Shown one piece after another: positions 49,463 through 57,047 of a stretch of 64,000 nucleotides of DNA. A program made the position numbers and the translations under genes. Each line of letters opens with the position of its first letter. The first letter of the stretch is position 1. This stretch comes from Acidobacteriaceae bacterium (GTDB lineage Bacteria; Acidobacteriota; Terriglobia; Terriglobales; Acidobacteriaceae): the NCBI GenBank assembly GCA_049977205.1, contig JBMFGT010000003.1, forward strand, positions 124,438 to 188,437, given 5' to 3'. The notes under the pieces are model-generated. The model saw only the letters and a program-made list of their open reading frames with translations, was not told the DNA's origin and did no database searches.

Positions 49463-50944
49463 ATGCAACGAATGAGAGAACATACCGCGCCCCGCGTGGC
49501 CGTGATTGGCGGAGGCATCAGTGGGCTGGCAGCGGCCTTCCACCTGCGCGAGCTGGCCGATGCCGCACATACCCCGCTCGATGTGCAATTACTGGAGCAA
49601 AGCGGACGCATCGGCGGCAGCATCCAGACCCTGTACCCGCAGGGCGGATGGATTGCCGAAGCTGGCCCGGATGTTTTCGTCATGGAAAAACCCTGGGCCT
49701 TGGCGCTGGTCCATCGTCTTGGACTTGGTCCAGAGGTGCTCGCCCCACGGGAGGAATTTCGCCATACCCATGTGGTGCGCAACGGACGGCTGGTGGAAAT
49801 CCCCGAAGGATTTCTCCTGATGGCCCCGGTCAAGGCACTGCCGTTTCTGTTGAGTCCGCTGCTCTCGCCGTGGGGCAAACTCCGCGTTGGCATGGAGCCG
49901 TTGGTCCCGCGGCGCAAATCGGAAGAGGACGAAACACTGGCCTCCTTTGTGCAACGGCGCTTTGGCCACGAGCTGCTGGACCGCGTGGTGCAACCGCTGC
50001 TGGGTGGCATCTATTCGGCAGACCCCTCCAAGCTGAGTTTGCGCTCCTCCATGCCTCGCTTTGCGCAGATGGAAGGTGACCGGGGCAGCGTCCTGCTTGC
50101 CATGTGGCTGGCGCACCGCAAGGCCCAGGCGCGCAAGAAGGACAAAACCGCACCTTCCGGCCCGCTGATGGGCCTGCGCAACGGCATGGGCACGCTGGTG
50201 GATGCGCTGGCCGCCCGCCTGGAAGACGACATCCGGACCGACATGGAAGTCACCGCGTTGGACCTGCTGCCCCGCAACGATGGCTGGCGCATCACCCTGG
50301 CGGGAAAAGGGCCGGTGCTGGCCGACGCCGTCATCTGCGCCGCGCCCACCCACGCCGCCTGCCGCCTGCTGGAGCAGGCCAGCCCGCGCCTGGCCAGTGG
50401 ACTCCGCGCCATTGAGCACTCCTCCGTCATCACGGTGAACCTGGCCTTCCGCGCCGCCGATTGCCCGCCGCTCCCGCGCTCGCACGGCTTTGTGGTCCCG
50501 TTCAAGGAGCACCGCTCCCTGATGGCCGCCACCTTTGTCCATCAGAAATTCATCGGGCGCGTGCCGGAAGATGTGGTGCTGCTGCGGGCCTTCCTCGGCG
50601 GCGCGTTGCAGCCGGAAATGATGGGGCGCACAGACGAGGAGATTTTTTCCCTTTGCAAAAAGGAGTTCCGCGAATTGCTGGGCCTGACCGCCGCGCCCAT
50701 CTGGGCGCACTTGGCGCGCTGGGACCGTTCCCTGCCGCAATATATGGTCGGCCACCAGCACCGCATCGCCGACATCCAGCGCGAGTTGGAGATGCTGCCC
50801 GGACTCGCCCTGGCCGGTTCGGCCTTCCTTGGTGGAGGACTGGCCGATTGCATTCATAGCGGCGAGATCGCCGCGGAAAAGACCTTCGCCGCCCTGGCCC
50901 GCGCTGCGGAAAACACCGTGCCTGCCCCCGCCCACGCCGGTTGA
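49463..50944 (+). CDS. hemY: FAD-dependent coproporphyrinogen III / protoporphyrinogen IX oxidase (HemY/CgoX type)
   Basis: 493 aa with VAVIGGGISGLAAAF (dinucleotide fold) and colinear HemY similarity to the end (GLALAGSAFLGGGLADCI). Confidence 0.85.
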   Translation: MQRMREHTAPRVAVIGGGISGLAAAFHLRELADAAHTPLDVQLLEQSGRIGGSIQTLYPQGGWIAEAGPDVFVMEKPWALALVHRLGLGPEVLAPREEFRHTHVVRNGRLVEIPEGFLLMAPVKALPFLLSPLLSPWGKLRVGMEPLVPRRKSEEDETLASFVQRRFGHELLDRVVQPLLGGIYSADPSKLSLRSSMPRFAQMEGDRGSVLLAMWLAHRKAQARKKDKTAPSGPLMGLRNGMGTLVDALAARLEDDIRTDMEVTALDLLPRNDGWRITLAGKGPVLADAVICAAPTHAACRLLEQASPRLASGLRAIEHSSVITVNLAFRAADCPPLPRSHGFVVPFKEHRSLMAATFVHQKFIGRVPEDVVLLRAFLGGALQPEMMGRTDEEIFSLCKKEFRELLGLTAAPIWAHLARWDRSLPQYMVGHQHRIADIQRELEMLPGLALAGSAFLGGGLADCIHSGEIAAEKTFAALARAAENTVPAPAHAG

Positions 50945-51001
50945 TCCTCAGCGCAGCCGCTGTGGTCTTCGCGTGGATGGAACGCCAATCCAAAAGGGGG
51001 G

Positions 51002-51124
51002 CATTCTGAACGGAGCGCAGCGAAGTGAAGAATCCAGACGGTGCTGGCGGTGAATAACGAGCGGCGATTCTATGGGTCCTTCGCGGGGCCTGCACTGAGC
51101 GTAGTCGAAGGGCACAGAATACCC
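51002..51124. repeat. ~123-nt imperfect palindromic repeat element, copy A
   Basis: It shares the blocks CATTCTGAACG, CGAAGTGAAG-A-CCAGA-GGTGCTGGC, TGGGTCCTTCG and CAGAAT with copy B. The ends are inverted (CATTCTG ... CAGAAT). Confidence 0.75.
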
Positions 51125-51185
51125 AGTGTGTTGTTCGCTGAAAGGACTTCGCACCCAAAGGAGGGCCTGGCCGTCCGCAGCGCCT

Positions 51186-52067
51186 TTACTGCAACAGCGC
51201 CAGCAGCGCCTGCACGTCGCGCGCCTCGTCGCCAGGTGCGTCCACAGGCGTTTCTGCAATGAAGGCCGAGTGGGCGAACTGCGGGCCGTTCAGCAGGCGG
51301 CGAAAGCACTCCAGCCCGATGGTCCCCTGGCCAATGTGCTCATGGCGGTCCAGTTTGGAGCCACGCGCGGCCTTGGCGTCATTGCAGTGCCAGACGCGCA
51401 CCGTCTCCGCGCCCATCGTCTGCTCCACCTGCCGCATGGTCTCCTGATACCCCTCTTCGCTGACCAGGTCGTAGCCCGCAACGTGGGTGTGGCAGGTGTC
51501 CAGGCAGGCGGCGACGGGGGCGTGCGCGCGCAGGCGCTCGATCAACTCCGCCACCTGCTCAAAGCTGCCGCCCAGGGAAAACTCCGCGCCTGCCGTGTTC
51601 TCAATCAGGATGTGAAACGGCGTGCCCTGCCAAGGCAGGCCGTCGATGGCGCGGGCGATGGATTCCGCCGCCAACGCCAACCCCTGCTCCCGTGTCATGC
51701 CGCGATAGGAGCCGGGATGCAGCACCAGATACTCCGCGCCCAGGGCCAGCGCGCGCACAATCTCGCCGCGAAAGGCCACAATGGACTTCTGGCGCACCTC
51801 GTCGGACTGGCTGCACACATTGACCAGATAGCTGGTGTGGATGACTAGCGGGCCGACGTCCAGTTTGGCCCGCGCCGCGCGCGTCTGCTCACCCTGCGCC
51901 GGGTCCGGTTTCACCACGCGCCACATGCGCGGGCTGGCGGAAAAAATCTGGAGCGTGTTGGCGCCAATCTCCCGCGCGTGCCCAATGGCGCTGGCCACGC
52001 CGCCGGTGGTGGAAAGATGGATGCCTACGCGCCGCGTGGCGTTGGATGGTTGCGTCGGGGTTTCCAT
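51186..52067 (-). CDS. nfo: deoxyribonuclease IV (endonuclease IV)
   Basis: Motifs IGIHLS, LQIFSASPRMW, LVLHPGS, ILIENTAG, CLDTCH and DRHEHIGQG are present. Start is at METPTQ (alternative 52085). Confidence 0.9.
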   Translation of the reverse strand: METPTQPSNATRRVGIHLSTTGGVASAIGHAREIGANTLQIFSASPRMWRVVKPDPAQGEQTRAARAKLDVGPLVIHTSYLVNVCSQSDEVRQKSIVAFRGEIVRALALGAEYLVLHPGSYRGMTREQGLALAAESIARAIDGLPWQGTPFHILIENTAGAEFSLGGSFEQVAELIERLRAHAPVAACLDTCHTHVAGYDLVSEEGYQETMRQVEQTMGAETVRVWHCNDAKAARGSKLDRHEHIGQGTIGLECFRRLLNGPQFAHSAFIAETPVDAPGDEARDVQALLALLQ

Positions 52068-52188
52068 TGGGGTGCTCACCTGCAATGAGGATAGCGAGAA
52101 GCAGGGCAGCGCGTCGAATGTTGACAGGTCACCCCACTCAAGCCAAAAAAGCAGGCTTGAATGGGCAGCCGCAAAAAATCCGGGGTGC

Positions 52189-52212
52189 CCCAGGTCTCGA
52201 TTTTGAGACCTG
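52189..52212. repeat. perfect 9-bp hairpin CCAGGTCTC-GATTTT-GAGACCTGG
   Basis: It lies in the divergent nfo upstream region and translates in one frame as ...PGLDFETWE... It looks like a short palindromic repeat unit. Confidence 0.6.
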
Positions 52213-52245
52213 GGAATTGCGCGCTCCCAAGAGTTTCATTCTGAA

Positions 52246-52369
52246 CGAAGTCCGCCGTCCGGCGGACGAAGTGAAGGACCCAGAGGGTGCTGGCTGTATA
52301 GACGAAGCAGAGACCTTCTGGGTCCTTCGTCGGTCGCCCCGCCATAGCGGGCGACCTTCCTCAGAATGA
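52246..52369. repeat. ~124-nt palindromic repeat element, copy B
   Basis: Termini are TCATTCTGA ... TCAGAATGA. The internal arms GAAGGACCCAGAG / CTTCTGGGTCCTTC pair. It is related to copy A. Confidence 0.75.
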
Positions 52370-52533
52370 CACTTTGTTGGAAGGAGTAGGCCTCCCACGC
52401 AAGCCCAAAGGAAGGCCCCACTTGGAGCACTCGCGAAGCAAGGGCGGATGGTGGGTGCTGGCGCGTAGCGCCCGGTTTGACCCTGCCAGCAGCGGTGCAT
52501 AGACTGAAATTGGCCCTTGCCCCGGTATTTTCT

Positions 52534-54393
52534 ATGCTGACCCGCACGCTTTTCATCCGGTTTTTTCGTCGCCCCCGCGCGCTGGCGTTGCTGGGCGCAG
52601 GCGCGCTGGCCTGCTCGTCTATATTGATGGCACAGAACACGGTGCAGACCACGCCACCGCGAGGGGCATCTTCCTCGGTGCCCAATGCCGACAAAATCAA
52701 TCCCTCCCCAGAGCAAAGCACGGCCCCGGTGCAAAGGCCGCCTGCGGTGATTGATCCGACCGGTCCGGCCATTTCCATGGAGACCAGCGAAGCGCTCTTT
52801 GACGTGATGGCGGGGTTGAACGCCTGCGGCTATGACCAGGAGTTGGCCATCTCTGATCCCGTGCGCCAAAAGATACGCGACCTGATGGACCAGGCGCTGG
52901 CGCAATCGGAGGCGGCGCGCGAGGCAAGGGACAATCTTTGCGCCTTTGTCCACAAACGCACCCTGGGCGACCCACGGCGCAATCTTGCCCAATACGTTTC
53001 GCTGGCCCTGTACCTGAACCCGCCGCCCGACCTTTCCCAGAGCGTACCCACCACGGAGATGCCCCCGGACGCGGAACCAATCGTGGACTATGTCCCGCTG
53101 CTCCGGTCTTTTGCAGACGCCGTCAATCTGCACCTGATCTGGGCCTTGGAACGCCAGGCCTATGACGAGGAGGTCAGCAAGCTGCACGCCCCGCTGACCA
53201 AAATGATCCTGGACGTGGACCTGTACCTGAAGCAGCCGCCCAGCGGATACAGCGACCGCCGTTTTCTGGTCCTTTTGGAGCCACAGATTGCCCCCGGACA
53301 GACCAACGCCCGCGTCTATGGCAGCGATTACGTGGTGGTGGCCTCGCCGGTAAACGGCGTGCTGCGCATGAACGAGATCAAGCATACCTACCTGCACTTT
53401 GAGCTGGAACCACTGCTCTATGCGCGTTCCGAGGCCATTGACAAGCTGTTGCCGCTGCTGGAGCGGGTGCAGGACGCGCCCATCCCCTTGTCGGACAAGG
53501 GAGACATTGTGGCGCTGGTGACGGAATGCATGATCCGCGCCATTGAGGCCCGCACCATGGACACTGGGGTGCCCCCTTATGTCCCCCCGGCGCACATTGA
53601 CCGCAGCCAGTTGGCGGCCATCAACAACAAGATCAACGCCCATGACAAACAGGTCGCCGCGGTGCGTCAGGCATACGTGGACAAATCCATGACGCAGGGG
53701 TACATCCTGACGCAGTATTTCTACAACCAGTTTGGCCGCTTTGAACAAGGCCCAATCAGCCTGGAAGAGGCCGTGGGCGAGATGGTCTACGGCATGAATG
53801 TGCAGGTGGAGAAGAACCGCGTGCAGTACCTGGTCTTTACGGACCATCAGGACGAGGACGTGTTGGAACGGCCCGCCCCAACGCCGGACCTGCTGGACCA
53901 GGCCGAACAAGCGCTGGCCAATGGGGACACGGCGCAGGCCGTCCAGCTTGCCAACCAGGCGCTGGCCCAGCACACCCACCAGCCCGGACGCGCCCAGTTC
54001 ATCCTGGCGCGGGCCGACATCTTGGACAACAAGGTGGACGCCGCAGTGACGGCCTTCCAGCAGGCGGCCCAGCTTTCCCATGACCCGCGCACCATCTCCT
54101 GGTCGCACATTTATTTGGGACGCATCTACGACGTGCAGGACAACCGCGACGGCGCCGTGGCCCAGTACCAGGCGGCGCTACAATCGCGGGACGGGCGCCC
54201 AGACACCAAACAGGCCGCGGAACAGGGGTTGAAGCGGCCCTTCGGTCCCCCTCACGCGACAAAATCTGAGGACGCAGGCCCGAATGGCCCAGATGCGAAT
54301 GGTCCCGATGCTCCCGCCCAGAAGCAGGGCCTTCCGGCGGCCCCGCAGTCGTCTGCAACATCCACAGGCGGTCCAGACAAAACGCCAGAGTAG
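52534..54393 (+). CDS. secreted hypothetical protein with C-terminal TPR-like repeats
   Basis: Trimmed to MLTRTLFIRFFRRPRALALLGAGALACSSILMAQ (signal). The C-terminus is AEQALANGDTAQAVQLANQAL...YLGRIYDVQDNRDGAVAQYQAAL. Confidence 0.65.
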   Translation: MLTRTLFIRFFRRPRALALLGAGALACSSILMAQNTVQTTPPRGASSSVPNADKINPSPEQSTAPVQRPPAVIDPTGPAISMETSEALFDVMAGLNACGYDQELAISDPVRQKIRDLMDQALAQSEAAREARDNLCAFVHKRTLGDPRRNLAQYVSLALYLNPPPDLSQSVPTTEMPPDAEPIVDYVPLLRSFADAVNLHLIWALERQAYDEEVSKLHAPLTKMILDVDLYLKQPPSGYSDRRFLVLLEPQIAPGQTNARVYGSDYVVVASPVNGVLRMNEIKHTYLHFELEPLLYARSEAIDKLLPLLERVQDAPIPLSDKGDIVALVTECMIRAIEARTMDTGVPPYVPPAHIDRSQLAAINNKINAHDKQVAAVRQAYVDKSMTQGYILTQYFYNQFGRFEQGPISLEEAVGEMVYGMNVQVEKNRVQYLVFTDHQDEDVLERPAPTPDLLDQAEQALANGDTAQAVQLANQALAQHTHQPGRAQFILARADILDNKVDAAVTAFQQAAQLSHDPRTISWSHIYLGRIYDVQDNRDGAVAQYQAALQSRDGRPDTKQAAEQGLKRPFGPPHATKSEDAGPNGPDANGPDAPAQKQGLPAAPQSSATSTGGPDKTPE

Positions 54394-54423
54394 TCCACAG
54401 GAGGAAGGTTGAGCAGGCGCGCC

Positions 54424-55320
54424 ATGGCATCGGGGTCTATGCCCCAAGAGACGCTCCAAGAGGCAGGGGAAGCAGAGGTGCGTCTGGCCAGAGACCCGCT
54501 GGACCCGCTAGACGCGCTGCAAAGGCGCATCGGATACCATTTTCGCAGCCGGAAACTGCTGGACCAGGCCCTGACGCACAGTTCCCTGGCCTATGAACGC
54601 CAGCAGCCGCGCACCCCGCAGGACGACAACGAGCAACTGGAATTTCTGGGCGATGCGGTCCTGGGCCTCACGGTCACGGAGCACCTCTATCGCGCCTATC
54701 CTGACCTGCACGAGGGGGCCTTGACGCAGTTGCGGGCACAACTGGTCAGCCGCAAGCACCTGGGACAGATGGCGCGCACCTTGTCTTTGGGGGACGCGCT
54801 CCATCTGGGCAAGGGCGAAGAACGTAACGGGGGCCGCAAAAAGTCGGCCCTCCTCTCCAATGCGTTGGAGGCGCTGATTGCCGCGATCTATCTGGATGGT
54901 GGGTTGGCGCCAGCAGCGGAATTTGTCAGCAAGTGGCTGCTGCAGGGCACGCTGGAGGCGCTGGCCGATGCCTCCCGCTCCGGCCTGGCGGTGGGCGACC
55001 ACAAGTCCATGTTGCAGGAGTATTTTCAGGCGCGTGGCATGGGGCAGCCACGCTATGTTGTCACCGCCGAGAGCGGCCCGGACCATCATAAGACCTTCGT
55101 GGTTGCGCTCCAGTTGCTCCAGCCCGGCGGCGGCCCACGCTTGTTGGCCAGCGCCTGCGGGCTGCGCAAAAAAAATGCGGAGCAGGAGGCCGCACGATTG
55201 GCGCTGGAGGCATTGCAGGGGACTGGCACGCACCCTGAAGGAACGTCCCCCGACCTACGCGGGCCACACAATCTGGACAGACCTGACGACAACAGGGCCG
55301 GTCAGGACGGCACACCATGA
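54424..55320 (+). CDS. rnc: ribonuclease III
   Basis: NEQLEFLGDAVLG signature and a dsRBD (GPDHHKTF...AEQEAARLALEAL). TTG 54409 is an alternative start. Confidence 0.9.
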   Translation: MASGSMPQETLQEAGEAEVRLARDPLDPLDALQRRIGYHFRSRKLLDQALTHSSLAYERQQPRTPQDDNEQLEFLGDAVLGLTVTEHLYRAYPDLHEGALTQLRAQLVSRKHLGQMARTLSLGDALHLGKGEERNGGRKKSALLSNALEALIAAIYLDGGLAPAAEFVSKWLLQGTLEALADASRSGLAVGDHKSMLQEYFQARGMGQPRYVVTAESGPDHHKTFVVALQLLQPGGGPRLLASACGLRKKNAEQEAARLALEALQGTGTHPEGTSPDLRGPHNLDRPDDNRAGQDGTP

Positions 55321-56231
55321 GCGAACAACCGCAAACGCAAATGGAGAGGGCCACATTGACTGGGCGGATGGAAAGCGCGTCTGGCGTCTCTGCGCAAACG
55401 ACGGACGGGACGGCCCCTGCGGAGGCGGGCGGCCCTCCGGCACTGGCGGAAACGCGGCCCCACGCCCATCCCCGCCCCGGCCTGCTGCTCCACAACCATT
55501 TCGTATATCCGCAAGGCCCTTTGGGCATGGCGCAGACCATGATGACCATGATGGTCATCGCATTGTTCATCCTTACCTTTCTGGCCCAGCCCTATCGCAT
55601 CCCATCGGGGTCCATGGAAAACACCCTGCTGGTCGGTGATTTTTTGATGGTCAACAAGGTGGTCTACGCCACCCCGGGCGTATGGCGTTTTCTGCTGCCC
55701 TATCGGAACATCCAGCGGGACGACGTCATCGTCTTCCACTATCCCCTGGACCCTTCCATGCACCTGGTCAAGCGCGTGATTGGCCTGCCCCAGGACTCGG
55801 TCCGCTTGCAGGCGGGCAGTGTGCTGGTGGATGGACGCCCGCTCGATGAGCCGTATGCCATCCACGGCCATGGGCCTTCCAGCGCCTTTCGTGATGATTT
55901 CCCCTCGCGGTTTTACACCGATCCGGGGATCAACACGCACTGGTGGTCAGAGATGCAGCGCAACATCCAGGACGGAGGACTGGTGGTCCCCGCCAACAAG
56001 TATTTCGTCCTGGGAGACAATCGGAATGACAGCCTGGACAGCCGCTACTGGGGCTTTGTGCCGCAGCAAAACATCGTGGGCCAGCCCTTCCTGGTGTATT
56101 TTTCCCTCTCCAGCGCGGACACGTCGGAGATCACCGGGCCATCGGATGATAGACTGACGCACAAACACGACTGGCGGACGCAGCTTGCCGGTGTGGCGCG
56201 CTGGGACCGGATGTTCCACATTATCCACTAA
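55317..56231 (+). CDS. lepB: signal peptidase I (long N-terminal cytoplasmic extension)
   Basis: ATGA overlap with rnc. It has IPSGSMENTL (catalytic Ser), VKRVIGLP (Lys) and GDNRNDSLDSRYWGFV. Confidence 0.88.
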   Translation: MSEQPQTQMERATLTGRMESASGVSAQTTDGTAPAEAGGPPALAETRPHAHPRPGLLLHNHFVYPQGPLGMAQTMMTMMVIALFILTFLAQPYRIPSGSMENTLLVGDFLMVNKVVYATPGVWRFLLPYRNIQRDDVIVFHYPLDPSMHLVKRVIGLPQDSVRLQAGSVLVDGRPLDEPYAIHGHGPSSAFRDDFPSRFYTDPGINTHWWSEMQRNIQDGGLVVPANKYFVLGDNRNDSLDSRYWGFVPQQNIVGQPFLVYFSLSSADTSEITGPSDDRLTHKHDWRTQLAGVARWDRMFHIIH

Positions 56232-56254
56232 CGTTTATTTTTACGGAGCAGGCC

Positions 56255-57046
56255 TTGGCCAATAAAGAACGCACCGCGGCCCCGCCGCAACAAACAGTCC
56301 CACGCGAAGAAACGCCCCTGGAGTCCTTTGCCTCCATCTGCTCGGTCCTGGTGATTGGGTTGTTTGTCATCACGTTCATCTTCCAGAATTTTGAGATACC
56401 TTCCTCGTCGATGGAAAAGACCCTGCTGATTGGCGACCATGTCCTGGTGGACCGCATCACCCTGGCCCCGCCCGCGCGTTGGGCGCCGTTTATGCCCTAT
56501 CGCAACGTCCGTCATGGGGACATCATCGTTTTCTTCAAGCCCGGTGAGAAGTTGTATCTCGTCAAGCGCGTGGTGGGCATTCCCGGGGACCACATCCACC
56601 TGGACCATGGGACCGTCTACCGCAACGGCGTTGCGCTGAAGGAACCCTATGCCGCCATGCCCTCTGAAGACGAAAATTCTGACCAGGCCTATCTTCCCTA
56701 CCGCGATGATTTCCCGGCGGTCCCGCCCACCATGTCTGGCGACGTGACGGCCACCTGGGCCGTGGACCTGCCGCGTTATGTCCAGAACGGGGACCTGGTC
56801 GTGCCGCCCGGGGAATACTTCGCCATGGGCGACAACCGCCTGGTCAGCCTGGACAGCCGCTACTGGGGCTTTGTCCCACGCGGCAACATCCTGGGTCGTC
56901 CCCTCTTTGTTTACTGGTCCTTTGTTACTCCCAGCGACCAGTATGAGAAGACCGGAATGGGCGACCGTCTCGCATTCCTGGGCCATATCGTTGTCCACTT
57001 CTTTGACCAGACGCGCTGGGGCCGGATGTTCCATCGGGTGCAGTAA
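56255..57046 (+). CDS. lepB: signal peptidase I, second paralogue
   Basis: IPSSSMEKTL, VKRVVGIPGD and GDNRLVSLDSRYWGFV motifs. Confidence 0.88.
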   Translation: MANKERTAAPPQQTVPREETPLESFASICSVLVIGLFVITFIFQNFEIPSSSMEKTLLIGDHVLVDRITLAPPARWAPFMPYRNVRHGDIIVFFKPGEKLYLVKRVVGIPGDHIHLDHGTVYRNGVALKEPYAAMPSEDENSDQAYLPYRDDFPAVPPTMSGDVTATWAVDLPRYVQNGDLVVPPGEYFAMGDNRLVSLDSRYWGFVPRGNILGRPLFVYWSFVTPSDQYEKTGMGDRLAFLGHIVVHFFDQTRWGRMFHRVQ

Positions 57047-57047
57047 G

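Noticed and set aside
49589-50935. 448-aa minus-strand ORF
   Set aside because: It is antisense to hemY, which has clear FAD-oxidase motifs. It is a shadow ORF. The same reasoning applies to the other long antisense ORFs in the track, for example 845..2086, 6204..7091, 19313..20983, 26515..27672, 35147..36265 and 46285..47595.
52138-54108. 656-aa minus-strand ORF
   Set aside because: It is antisense to the better-supported secreted TPR protein (52534-54393). Its composition is typical of shadow frames and it runs through the repeat elements.
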